This document shows positions 27,958-41,274 of a stretch of DNA of 64,000 nt, piece by piece. The position numbers were made by a program, and so were the translations under genes. The first letter of the stretch is position 1; each line of letters starts with the position of its first letter. Below the pieces are notes generated by a model, which did no database searches, was not told where the DNA came from, and saw only the letters and a program-made list of their open reading frames with translations. This stretch comes from Mytilus edulis (Eukaryota). The stretch is from positions 62,620,001 through 62,684,000 of the forward strand of contig NC_092347.1 in NCBI RefSeq assembly GCF_963676685.1, given 5' to 3'.

Positions 27958-28431
27958 GGTGTCAGACCACCAATTAAAAATCCCTATCTGTTCAACCAAA
28001 TTTTGCAATTTTCACAGCTTTCTAAATATTTCACCTTAAGTTTAACTTCATAGAAACCAGGTATATCCTTAATTGTACATGTATCAGCTTTCTACATGCC
28101 AATTTTCACCATACCTTTAAAGCCTTCTAACAAAATAACTGACCATCAAACAGAGGTACTCAAAAACAAAAACCTGGTTTTCTGGAAATCTAAAATTAGT
28201 ATACTATGGAGCGCATTAATTCTCAATTTGTAATGCAAACTCATAGACAAGTAAATTTTGGCTCAAAATGATCTAGATATAATTTTCTTTCACCAAAAGT
28301 TTCATTTCTGCAAATTTGTTAGTTAGTTTAAGTGAACAAGGACATCAAAAGCACTATTTTGTGTCAGAGTAGGGCTACTTTTACATAAGTTCTAAATTGG
28401 AGGGAGTAATTGGTGGTGGTGGTCTGACACC
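27958..28431. mobile_element. TIR MITE (474 bp)
   Basis: 15-bp perfect TIR GGTGTCAGACCACCA / TGGTGGTCTGACACC, flanked by TTTT on both sides (possible TSD). Confidence 0.8.
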
Positions 28432-29322
28432 TTTTGTTGTTGAATATACACGTGCTAATTATTGTGTTTGGTATTAACAGCTTATCCACGTAACTTCTTT
28501 AACACCTTAAGAACATAAGATACAGAAGATATCAAACCTTGTAAAAAATGTGGACGTAGTCATGTTTGGATCTACATCTAAATTTAATACGAACTTATGT
28601 AATTATTGGAAATAGAAAGTCGTAGACAACAACCTTTTTAGTACAAATGTGTACGAAAACAGAAACTTGTTTTTAATTTCGACATTAAATTATTGAAGAA
28701 GTGCAAAGTCAATTGACAGTATAAACAAATATGCTAGTTAGTTGGGGGGGGGGGGGATATTTTATTTTAGGTGAAAGCAGAACTATGTCGCAGCTTATTA
28801 TAAATTCAATAATCGTGTACAATCATCCCCGCCGTATATCACAACGCTAAAGATCTCGTACGTATCCCAATTCTTTTTGGAACACGATTTTTTAAAACAA
28901 TGACTAGAGTCCTCATTTCCCTCAATCATTTTTCCCTAGCTAGATTTCAATTTCAATTTCTTAAAACCAAATTTACGATTACTTATAACTCAATTAGTCA
29001 ACATATTCCGTTTATTTTGGAGAGTTTTATGGCCAAATGATTATCAACCCATTACAAAGTAAGCTTGGCTTCAATATATAGATAAAGGAAGATGTGGTGT
29101 GAGTGTCAATGAGACAACCCTCGATCCGAATAACAATTTATAAAAGTAAACCATTATAGGTTATATATCTGTATGTGTAAGTTGATGACGACGACATCAT
29201 GTTTTGCTCAAGCTTTGTTTCCAGCACATTCTATAAACAGCAACTCCCTTTTCCTCAGTAACTGTTCTCGGATTCACGTTGACTTTAAACTCAATTAGTC
29301 AATGTATTTGTTAAGCAACCAA

Positions 29323-30006
29323 CAAAAAAGTAATCTGAATATAAGTTGGTTTTCCCGTTTGAGTGGTTTTACACTAGTAATTTTGGGGCCCTTTAAAGTT
29401 TGTTGTTGGTGTGAGCCAATGCTCAATGTTGAAGGCCGTACATTGACCTATAATGGTTTACTTTTATAAATTGTAATTTGGATGGAGAGTTGTCTCATTG
29501 GCACTCATACCACATCTTCCTATATCTATCGTACTATTTTTTTTATTTTAACTCTGGTAAAAAGTTGTCTCATTGGCATTAATACCACATCACTTTATTC
29601 TTATTTTATTAACCCTTTCCCTTTCAGGCATTTTAGGCCTTTACATAAATCGAAAAGACATTATCAAAAAAGTAATCTGAATATAAGTTGGTTTTCCCGT
29701 TTGAGTGGTTTTACACTAGTAATTTTGGGGCCCTTTAAAGTTTGTTGTTGGTGTGAGCCAATGCTCAATGTTGAAGGCCGTACATTGACCTATAATGGTT
29801 TACTTTTATAAATTGTAATTTGGATGGAGAGTTGTCTCATTGGCACTCATACCACATCTTCCTATATCTATCGTACTATTTTTTTTATTTTAACTCTGGT
29901 AAAAAGTTGTCTCATTGGCATTAATACCACATCACTTTATTCTTATTTTATTAACCCTTTCCCTTTCAGGCATTTTAGGCCTTTACATAAATCGAAAAGA
30001 CATTAT
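29323..30006. repeat. Apparently perfect 342-bp tandem duplication (SINE-like tail plus piggyBac left end)
   Basis: Identical ORF starts at 29482 and 29824; junction microhomology CAAA. Confidence 0.9.
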
Positions 30007-31624
30007 CAAAGTTAAAATGAATACTGAATTCGCATCAATGGTCATACACATGCCATGTTGGGCTCAAAATAGGATAATTGGTAAAATATTTCAAAAAATT
30101 AAGTTTGAAGATAATTCGTCATTTTTTGGTCACGTGGTATATTTCCAGTAGTCATCTGACTGTTGGAGAAAAAGTGAAAAAATAAGAAATCCTTGGGCAA
30201 AGAGTCGTTCAGGGACATATTGTTGAGCTAACAGGATCAGGTTTTGGTGGAAACACAATGCCTCGAGTCTGTTGAAGACATGTAAGTTATCATATTGGTA
30301 TAAAAAGACGCAAAACGTGCTATAGGCCTTGAAATATAGTTGTCCATAATATTCAAAATAACTGATTTTAGACCCTCTTTTTGCCCAATTTCAAATTTGG
30401 ACCCTAGTTATTTGTCTAATTCGTTTTCATTTAATCAGCAAGCTTAATTTTGTTTTTACAAGGGAAAGTTCATTGAATTACCAATGCTAGCTTGATCAGG
30501 TACACCCTAGACCAAGCCAAATGGAGCAAAGGGGGTAAAAGGGGGGGGGGGGGGGCAATTCGGCAAACACATTCTTTTAAAAACGTTTTTTCATGCGGCG
30601 TAAAGCAACCAACAATCAATCAATTAAAAACGTTTCGTAGGTTTTCTTTTTGACTTTTTGAAATTGAAAAGAAAAGTTTAATTAAGTTACATTTAATATA
30701 GGAAATGATTTTACCACCCCGGCAGTGAGATACGAACACTGATTCTAAGCGCCTTGTGATAGATCAGCGTACCCCTGCGCTACTGGCATTGTAAAGAATT
30801 TTTTGAAATTTAAGTATTTAAGTCTACTACTCCTGAAGAAATTCAAAAAAAAATAATATAAAGATCCTCACCCAGTTTGTTTTCTTTTAGAAATTATGTG
30901 TTTAGATGATAAAGTTTTGTTGCAAAATGACAACAAATGGAAGTTTTTAACGACCTTGACTGGCTATACAGCCCTTGCACGGTCGGCCAAATGCATGATT
31001 CTTACGCAAATCTAGGAGGAATCCACTCTTCAAAATGTAATTTTTTCATTGAAACATACATGTTCCTTTATTCAAACAAAAGTGTTTTCAACTTTATCAT
31101 ACCGCAAGATTTACGAAACCATGTTTTGTTACATCTATTTCAACTTTGCCAAAAAATTTCAGAATAGTTTAGTGTTTTTTGTCTCTTTTCCCATAATGTC
31201 TTTAAGAAATGACTTCTGATTTTTAGCCCATTTCAAGTTTGTGATTGCGCTGCTGCACTGAAAATTACATTTTCAACTAGTGTGCAAGTTAGAACTATTA
31301 GTTTAATACTATACTACAAAAACTCACTGCACAGTTATTGAAAAAAGTCAAATCCTCTTTTTGAGAATATTCCTCAAAATTCGAAGAAAAATAAATGTTT
31401 TTTACAGAAAAATTACACATCAGTAAGGGGCGACTTGACAATAAACTAATAATAATAGAAGTGTGATGTATATTACATCACATTGCTGGCTATCTGAGGA
31501 TTAATTTGAGCCCTTAACCACATCTGTACGTCAGCAAATGGCGATGTAACAAGTCTATAAAAGCCCCAAAAATATCTTGAAATTGGCTTCACCGGTAAGC
31601 TGTACCGGTATGAAAGGGAAAGGG
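29955..31624. mobile_element. Non-autonomous piggyBac-type DNA transposon (1670 bp)
   Basis: TTAA|CCCTTTCCCTTTCA ... TGAAAGGGAAAGGG|TTAA: 14-bp perfect TIR, CCC/GGG termini, TTAA TSD; no transposase ORF. Confidence 0.85.
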
Positions 31625-32807
31625 TTAAACATTTAGAAACGTGTCAATTTATGAGTTTGACTGTCCCTTTGGTATCTTTCGTCCCTCTTTTAAATATAAT
31701 ATTTCAATTCAATATAAATGTTGCTAGTCCATGATTGTACAATGGAATATACATAATACACCATTCCAGTTATTAAAAGAATACATAATTATGTGAAAAA
31801 GAAGAGAAAAAAATAAAATTTCAAAGAATACTTCTTGACTTATCTATCAAGAAACAATAAGGAAATAGAAGTCAAGTTAGAGGGTCTTTTTATCATTATT
31901 CATCCACGGAATGTCATCCGCGGAATGTCGATGTTTTAATAGACCAAAAAAGACTTCTTCATTTAAAAAAAAAATATTAAAAAATTTGAAATTAAAGGGA
32001 AATGGGATTCACATCAACTAAAATTTCCGAAAGTTGTATTTCTATAGAGTGCATAGTCATTTTTTTTTCTTTATTGATATAGTTGTTTGTATTCATAGTT
32101 ATTAAGATTTTAACAAATTGTTGACTGCTATACCCCCTGTTTTTTGGGGTTTTTTTTTTGCCTTTTTACCTACAATGTGTTTGTGTCACACATTGTTGTC
32201 AATTTAATGGAATTCTATGCTACTTTCATACAAGTGATAGATTAAGCTTTCTATAAAACTAGGTTTATTCCACCATTTTTTACATACGGTAATGTCTGTA
32301 CAATTTTTTCAAAAGTCAGGAATATGACAGCTGTTTTCCATTCGCCTGATGTGTTAGAGCTTTTGATTTTGCAATTTGATAAAGGATTTTCCGGGGTTTT
32401 TTTTTAATTTTTCTTGGAGATCGGTATATTTGATATCTTACTTTTTTCAATATTGACGTATACAAATAATGGCAGAAAATATACCAATCATTTGAGCTTT
32501 TATGACCTCAACACATTTTAAACTCGTTCTTACTAAAGAATTTTAACTCAGAGACGTTAAATGTTTTACAATTTGGAGGTTATGGCAGATGTTTGCCCTC
32601 AGTTCTTAAAGTCTGTTGCGTGTTATATATGACAATAAGAACCATATGATCTACTCATATTTCAAAAAACTGCAATGACAATCAACAGTTATAAAGTTAT
32701 CATTTTTACAAGAGAACTACAACCTAAACCAATTACAAAGCACCAAATATGAGAAAGGCTATCTCTTGTGGTTCTTTTTTAATGGTATAGAACATTTTCG
32801 TGAGTTC

Positions 32808-33089
32808 ATAGATATAGGAAGATGTGGTGTGAGTGCCAATGAGACAACTCTCCATACAAATAACAATTTAAAAAGTAAACCATTATAGGTTAAAGTACGG
32901 TCTTCAACGCGGAGCCTTGGCTCACACCGAACAACAAGCTATAAAGGGCCCCAAAATTACTAGTGTAAAACCATTCAAACGGGAAAACCAACGGTCTAAT
33001 CTATATAAACAAAACGAGAAACGAGAAACACATATATATTACAAAAACAAACGACAACTACTGTACATCAGATTCCTGACTTAGGACAG
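32808..33089 (-). mobile_element. Young SINE-like/PLE-derived tail element (twister 3' end, four-way motif, cactcacaccacatcttcc tail)
   Basis: Homologous to 29350-29530. The minus strand begins tgtcctaagtcaggaatc. Confidence 0.7.
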
Positions 33090-33481
33090 ACTGTTTTAAT
33101 ATGCTGTTCCAATTTTTAGGGTAATTGTGGTTAGTATAACTTTTAAAAAAAATACATAAAGTAAAACTTTATCTTTTAATTCCCATTTTTCAATTGTTTT
33201 CCATATTATGGGTATGAATATTTTTTAATCTAATTTCGATGAGGTGGTAAAAGTTTTTTGGTTTTGTTTTGAAGTTATTATTTTACAGTGTTTATGGTAT
33301 AAATATTTACAAGTTTAAGTTGAATAAATTCGCACACAATGATTAAAACACATGCGTTGGTATTGTTTATACATTAGAATAACTATACGTCAATAAAAAC
33401 TAGTTTGTCTCGGATCAAAACTACGTATGTTGACCACCTAACTCGGAAACATTATCTCCTTGGCTGGAAAAGGAAAAAACA

Positions 33482-35659
33482 TGTAAACAGTCAGGAAGTA
33501 CTTCCTTACAAAAGATTCAAAATCGATCACAAAGTATTTATTAATCCTGGAATAATTTTTTGATTAACGATATGAACTATATTGGTCAAACTACACCACA
33601 TTTCGTGTGTCAATCATGTCAGGTTATCTAGGCCACGACCGTTTTTTGCCTTCATTCGGAAGTCTATCTTCTCGGAGGCGCCCGTTCTTGGTTATTGTAA
33701 ATGTCCGTTGTTCTTTACATTATTTTTCAAAATACCTGCTATTCATTTTTACTTATGTAAAATGTAAAAAATGAATATTTTGTTGAAAATTAAAGGGAAT
33801 GCAGCTCAAACATTTAACACATTAACAATATCAACCAACGATCAAAGACAAAACGTTCTTACGTGTAAATTTTAGAAAAGAAGAGATAAAATTACTGCAT
33901 TATAATGCATTCAATACAACACAATTTTAAGGAAGTTGTAATAATGTGATATCCATTTGACGTGACTCTATACTAAACATCCCGTCAATGTGTTATTCTT
34001 CTATGAAACTTTTTGTTATTGTGCTATCATGATACACATTTTTGCATTTTTGTCTTTCATTTTTGCTATTGTGCTTTGTCAATATACCTTTTTGTGCTTA
34101 TTTGTTTGTTTGTTTTATGGTGATTAAGATTCAATATAACATACTGTTGACTGCTGTATCCCTATTTTCGACATTTTTATCTGATATTTTTGTTCGTTTT
34201 GTTCACATATCGTTGTCAATATAATAGAATTGAATGCGACTGTCATACAAACGGGAGGATTAGCTAGCTATAAACCCAGACTCGATCTACTGTTTTCTAC
34301 AAACGATTTTCCCCAAACGAGGATGCCTGTACAAAGTCAGAAATATGACAAGTTTAATCCATTCGTTTTGTGTGTTTGAGCTTTTGATTTTGCCATTTGA
34401 TTAGGGACTTTCCGTTTTGACTTTTCAACGGAATTCAGTATTTTTGGTGATTTTACTTTTTAAATAATTGCTAAATCATTTTTTTACAATGTTAAGGGTA
34501 TGTATATGTTCGAATCTAAGTTCAGTTGTAGAATAGTGTTTGTCTGTTGTGGTATAAGTATTAGCCAATTTAAGATCTATAAAGTCGTTTACATTTAATT
34601 TTAAAAATGCGTAGGCATTATTTATACATTTACAGCATGACGTCAATCATGAAAAAAATTAAGACTTCCGTGTTTAAGTACTAACACGTGGCGGAACAAA
34701 ATTAAGACTTCCGTGTTTAAGTACTAACACGTGGCGGAACAAAATTAAGACTTCCGTGTTTAAGTACTAACACGTGGCGGAACAAAATTAAGACTTCCGT
34801 GTTTAAGTACTAACACGTGGCGGAACAAAATTAAGACTTCCGTGTTTTAAAAGTACTAACACGTGGCGGAACAAAACAACGTTTGTTGAACTTTCAACGA
34901 CGAAACATAATCTCTCTTTTTCTGAAACATTATACGTGTAAACAGTTAAGAATTACATTTATTTAACAGTATCGCTTGGTCTATTGTACTGACTATTGCC
35001 ACTTTATTTTCTCTTAAAATCAGTACTACCAAACTCACTCAATATGTACAAAGCGTAAGGTTTTCCTTCTAGAAAAAAAGATTATTTGAAAAACAAATAT
35101 GACAGACGTGAACCAACGTTATAAGTATGTTTTCTCGGAGGCCCTTAAATGAATATTTTAAGAAAATTCTATTCTAAATACTTAGCTTTCAAACAGGAAG
35201 ACTCATGTGGTATCTAACAACCTGTTCATCAGGACATATTCTCCTTCAGTTGACGTGTAAACAGTCAGGAAGTACTTCCTTACAAAAGATTCAAAATCGA
35301 TCACAAAGTATTTATTAATCCTGGAATAATTTTTTGATTAACGATATGAACTATATTGGTCAAACTACACCACATTTCGTGTGTCAATCATGTCAGGTTA
35401 TCTAGGCCACGACCGTTTTTTGCCTTCATTCGGAAGTCTATCTTCTCGGAGGCGCCCGTTCTTGGTTATTGTAAATGTCCGTTGTTCTTTACATTATTTT
35501 TCAAAATACCTGCTATTCATTTTTACTTATGTAAAATGTAAAAAATGAATATTTTGTTGAAAATTAAAGGGAATGCAGCTCAAACATTTAACACATTAAC
35601 AATATCAACCAACGATCAAAGACAAAACGTTCTTACGTGTAAATTTAAGAAAAGAAGAG
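33482..35659. repeat. 404-bp near-identical direct repeat (33482-33885 and 35256-35659) within an older duplication
   Basis: Identical ORFs at 33582 and 35356 (offset 1774). Diverged homology between ~33290-33500 and ~34550-34960. Confidence 0.9.
34655..34876. repeat. 43-bp tandem repeat x5 with internal dyad symmetry
   Basis: AAAATTAAGACTTCCGTGTTTAAGTACTAACACGTGGCGGAAC; AAGACTTCCG at 34661, 34704, 34747, 34790 and 34833. Confidence 0.95.
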
Positions 35660-37984
35660 CACTCCTAGTCAAACAGTCATAGATCGAAATGTACGTGTAC
35701 AGGGTGTAGACACTTAGATAAGTCTTTAACAGATTCTTCGTAAGTGAATATTGTAACTTTATTGTATCACAAATGCTCAGTAAGTGAAGACATCCACTGT
35801 AGTGTAATGCAGGTATTATTCTAGTGTTTACAAAATGCCCTGTATTTTTTTTATTATTATTTTTGGCTAGGAGTGCTCTTTTCGTATAATAGGATCACAG
35901 TGTGTTGATAAATAAGTGTTGTGTATAAAGAAGCTCTATACGTGTAGGCTAATCGTGTAATGTATGTGTAAACAGTTAGTGAAATGTATGTGTCTTACTG
36001 TCTAAAAGACACTTAAAATTATAGATCACATTACTTGCAACTTATCTTTTATATATGTGTCTTGCGACCAAAAATGTTACAGTGTGTATTTAAACTAAAC
36101 TAAGGAAGATTAAAAAAAATTCAAGGTTCTACGAAACCGAACGTGATTTTTATAATACCCTTTTTTACGATATCATGAAGTGACACAACCTCATGTTTTA
36201 TTGATGATTACATTATACAAATGTTATAGTCGATGCTAATTCCGCTCAGTTTAGGACATCAGTAACCTTTGCCTGGTCGACTATGCGTCTATATCCACTC
36301 TTTGTTCCCCTCTTTCTCGGGATCATCATAATTTTTCGTAAATTGTCATCAATTTTATTTAACGGAACCATATTGATCATTGTGTAACGGCTTTTCAATG
36401 CATCCATAACACATTCTGTATCCAGGCTTCCGATCAAGTCTAGTGTCCCTTCCAAGTCAGCATCTCATAACCTGTTCATTATTTAAACCTCAAACTAGTA
36501 AAACGATGGTGCATATTTCAGCCAGGAACTTGGCTCCTTGATTTTTACAGTGCCCATGCTGAGTACATAACATTTTTGATTTTGTTATGCTGATTATTTC
36601 TTATCTATTCATTGTAAATAAACCAATATGGATTACGAGTAAGACAAACGCATGTAACGAAATGATGACGTAGGTCATAAACAATTTGTATATTTTGTTC
36701 TCACATATTCCGTAAGTTATGGCTGATGAAATGGCACCCTGCTGTATTTTCCTGTAGAGAAAACATTACTTGAGTTTGTTATTGTTCACAGTTTCTTTAA
36801 AGGCCATCTTTTGCTCAGTATAATAACCTTTATCCTTAGAATATGTGTTTTTGTATGAGTCATTGAACGAATTACTGCGATGCGGTTCATAGCTTCTCGA
36901 AATGAAACAGCAATATATTGGGTCATCCGACATAGGAAATAAAATAAAAATATATGTTCTGAACTCTAGACAAGTAAGATTTAAACATTGAGACATTAGG
37001 ACACTTCTTTATTTAAAAAGCGTATGACGACCTATAAGCATATGATCTTTCCAAAACGTTCATATGATCGCAATTAAAAGGAGGAGCGTTTGAGATCTGA
37101 AAACACCAGTTTATCCGCGCCTCATTTTCATGTGACTTTCCAAATTCAGGAACCTCATTATTCATATCTTAATTGTGTTTTGTTTTTTTATGGAAAACAG
37201 TAGTTCATGTCAAATCTTTGGTTGGTCAAAAAGCCACGGAAGATAACAAGGTGACATTAAAAAAGAAGGTTGAAAACGAAAATGAAAAACGAAAATTGCG
37301 CAAGAAGAAGCACACAAATAACCAGGTAGTGATAACTCTTTTTTCCGACACGAAGAGGAGCTCAATTGGTTCCAATATGACTGCAAACTTTTAAAGATAC
37401 ATCCTGCAAACATGACTTATGTTGCCAATCAAATATCCATATAATATTAAAAAAAAAATTTAAAAGAAGATGTGGTATGATTGCCAATGAGACAACTTTC
37501 CACAAGAGACCATATTATGACTCCTAATTATTACTTTTGACAGGGTATCATGCATCAGTAATTTTGTCACCAATCTGTCAAGGTTCTACACAACCTATCG
37601 TGGATTTCAGTTCAACTACAATTGACACGAAAACTAACGATGAATGATAGCTACATAGCCATACTAGATGCAAACGGCAATTTGGAAAAGACAACAACAA
37701 TCCGGCTTGATTGCATACAAAATTATATCACCAATTGATTTTTAACTTTCTTATCTTTTCATTTTACTCCAATTTTATCAATAATGTATAATTCTTTAAT
37801 CTTCTAGTCTTAAACATTGTCATAATTTTATTTGAACGAGGCTATATTGATCCATGTTTTAGAGTCTTAAAATACGCACATAACAAATGATGTATCGAGA
37901 CCACTTCAAATCAAGTCATGTCCCTTTGGACTTTTTAAATAGTTCAAGTAATAACATCTTCTAACAGGCATCTTATAACAGCTC

Positions 37985-39620
37985 GAACCAGACGAATCAG
38001 AACTGGACACTTTGTCTGAATGGATCAAAGCTATTCGATCGTGCATTCAGAAGCGCATTCAAACGTTACGATGTACTATGAGCACAAGAGTTACTAACCC
38101 TTTCAAGAATCCGGATGTTGTGGATGCTTTATCCTCTTTGCATGACAAATATGTAGTGTTCCAGCAGATAAAGCCTCTAATAATATTGTCTTCATATGTA
38201 AAAACCATTATTTGCAATGTCTCATAACAGAGCTTGGAATAAATAGAACAAAGGGTAATCCTACATATTCCTTAACATCATTTACCAAAGACAAAATTTT
38301 ACAAAATCACAAATCTGTCCTTTTTTCTTTTGGTATCAACATCAAAGAAAAAGAAGAAAATTTACCATCATTATACTGGATACCAAAACTACACAAACTC
38401 CATATAAAGAACGATACATAGCTGGATCGTCAAAATGTTCGACTTAACACCTTTCTAAAATACTGACTACTATTATTTCTACAGTTAAAGATAGGCTTCA
38501 AAAATATTGTGATGAGATATATTCTACTAGTGGTGTTAAGCAGATGTTGATTCTCAAAAATTCGAAAGATCTACTGCTTAATCTTCGATCAAAATCTTTG
38601 CAATTTTGCAGCAACATAAAAACTTTAGATTTTTCTTAACTTTAAACTACTATTCCCCATGTTCAGTAAACAAAGCTATTTCTATAAAAATGGGAATCGT
38701 AGATACTAATTTCTTGTTTTTGGTTACAATAGTTCATATTTTGTGAAGAACCACACTGAATCTACCAGAAAGCATACTGAAGATGATATTATCAAAATGC
38801 GGGACTTTTTGATCGACAATATATTTGTTGAGTTTGGAGAATTCATATTTCAACAGACAATCGGTATTCCAAAGAGTACTAATTGTGCACCCCTACTAGC
38901 CGATTTGTTTCTGTTCTCGTATGAAGCAGAATTCATTCAAACCCTTCTAAAAGACTAACAGAAAAAGCACCATGCGAAATTCTTAAATTTCACTTTCCGA
39001 TATATTGATAATGTCCTATCATTGAATAACTCATATTTCAGCCAGTACTTGCATCTCATAAATCCCAGTGAACTTGAAATTAAGGATACTACTGATACTA
39101 AAAGGACTTCTTCAAACCTTGATCTTTTCCTCAATATTGACACAGATGGACGACTTCACACGAAAATCTATGATAAACGGGACGATTTCAACTTCCCAAT
39201 TATCAATTTCTTATTTCTCAGCAGTAAAATACCCTCTGCCCCTTCGTATGGTGTTTACATATCTCAATTGATACGTTATTCTCGTGCATGTTCACACTAT
39301 ACGGACTTAATATACAGGAGTGTGCTTCTAACGCAGAAAATGCTCCAACAAAGTTATGAGGAGGACAGATTAAAAATGACACTCCGTAAATTTTACGGAC
39401 ACCATCACGAATTGGTTGATCCATACGATGTATCTTTATCCAAACTAACTATGGACATTTTTACCACGTGTTAGATTGTGGTTTGTCATTACGTCGTCTG
39501 ATCTTTTTATTACCGAACGTGACTTATTCCCGAATGTGACCGTTTTGCTGAGTGTGAATTCGTATTACTTTAAGACGTGGCACGGTACTTTTCCATCCCA
39601 AATTAATTTGTTGGGTTTTC
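37985..39620 (+). mobile_element. Decayed Naiad-type Penelope-like element, near-complete RT region, 5'-truncated
   Basis: LSEWIK..., DKYVV.PADKASNNIVFICK, LPSLYWIPKLHK.PYKERYIAGS.KCST, ILKNSKDLL, DNIFVEFG.FIFQQTIGIP..TNCAPLLADLFL, FRYIDNVLS, YDKRDDFNFPI, then stop at 39474. Frameshifts and stops throughout. Confidence 0.92.
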
Positions 39621-40109
39621 ATGTTGTGTTCTTTTTTGTTGTCATCGGATTTTGTCAAATGTCTTAACGTTTGTAGTTGTAAATCGTATTTTTGCTGTTG
39701 TATTAATGTGTTGTGTTGGGGATAACTACTCATCCAGTTCATTTGGTAGATTTAATTTTGGATCAACGAAATTTACACGATATATTTGGTTTGCAGTTTG
39801 ATCAGAAGAAACACCGACAAAGCTAGATAATACAATTAATTATCTAATTACTACTTACTACAATTAAATATTAATTAGTATTATAATTTTCACTGTAATT
39901 AATATAAGTTATATAAGTCATACAAATCTAATCTTGAATTTCATCTAAATTCTTTCTTGATTTTCGGCACACGTTTTAGAAATTTAAATGTGACGTCACG
40001 TCACTTTGGGCGTTGCAATGACTATGGCTAACACGGCTGTGATTGTCATGTATTCGTTTTTATTCTTTAGCTAGTCACCACTTTAGTTTAATCATGTTTT
40101 TCTATTATA

Positions 40110-40690
40110 TAGTCATTTTATGAAATTTTCTGTTTGCAAAACTATGTAATATTCTTGATAATAATGATGTTTTTGTCCAAGGCGGATAACCCTGGCCTCA
40201 CAACTTTTTGGAACTTTTGGTCCTTGGCGATCTTCAACTTTGTAGTTGTTTTGGCTTTCAAACTTTTTCATCTGAACACAGTTTTGTGTGGACGTAGCGA
40301 GCGTTTGGCGTATCAAAATATTTTTAACCTGTTACCTTTTGATGGCTATTATTCGATTGTTTCTCTGTCCTATATTTTCTCCCATTTATTTATTGTAGCC
40401 CTGTTCATGTAATGTTGTCATTTCAATGTTATAATTAACACTGCCATTAAAGCGGGAGGTTTGGCATGCCACAAAACCAGTTCAACCAACCATTTATTTT
40501 AGGAAAATGGCAAATGTTACATTATAGTTCGTTTTTGTGTATTTTACATTTCGGTGTTGTGTCTTTGTTGTGTGGTAGTTCTCTTATATTTGATACGTTT
40601 CCCTCAGTTTTAGTTTGTAACCCGGATTTGTTTTTTCTCTATCGATTAATTAATCTTGAACAGCAGTATACTACTGTTGCCTTCATTTAT
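40110..40690 (+). mobile_element. Composite short retroelement: decayed hammerhead unit followed directly by the family-C twister element
   Basis: 40110-40348 is homologous to the hammerhead element (gacgtagcgagcgtttggcgta...acctttgatggctatt). 40349-40690 is the reverse complement of 2222-2703, with the twister 5' part at 40442-40513 (P4 deleted). Confidence 0.65.
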
Positions 40691-41119
40691 CGTTTGAATT
40701 ATTAAACCCCATGAAGCATGTATATTTATGCCAAATTTTAGTCCATTTTATGATTTTCAGCGTCGATGTTGAATACAGCGCGTTTGTCGTATTCTTTCTT
40801 TCGTCCTCTTACAGCATAGTTATCAGTATTTATCATTTGAATTATTTTACCACATGAAACTTTAGTGTATACTAGTATTTTGGTAAAATATGCCCCTTTT
40901 TTTTTTTTTTAGTGCCAATGATGAGTACATGGCATGTTTCGTATTGTTTATATATTTGTTAGCAAATACACACTTAAGGGTCAAAACATACATGCATACG
41001 CTGTATAAACGTCTATGCTTTACCTATTTCGTCAATTATGTTTAACACTTAACCCCTGCTAAAACACCTGACGAGAAAACTGTTTACTGTTGTTTTTTTT
41101 CTCACAGATGTTCAAATAA

Positions 41120-41274
41120 AAATAAAATTGAGAATGGAAATGGGGAATGTGTCAAAGAGACAACAACCCGACCAAATAAAAACAACAGCAGAGGGTCACC
41201 AACAGGTCTTCAATGTAGCGAGAAATTCCCGCACCCGGAGGCGTCCTTCAGCTGGCCCCTAAACAAATATATAT
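41120..41274 (-). mobile_element. Young 3'-terminal fragment of the 52400-53185 family
   Basis: Near-identical reverse complement of ~53030-53185. Confidence 0.9.

Noticed and set aside
30530-30555. Poly-G runs (also 28743-28756) as G-quadruplex signals
   Set aside because: Simple homopolymers with no supporting context.
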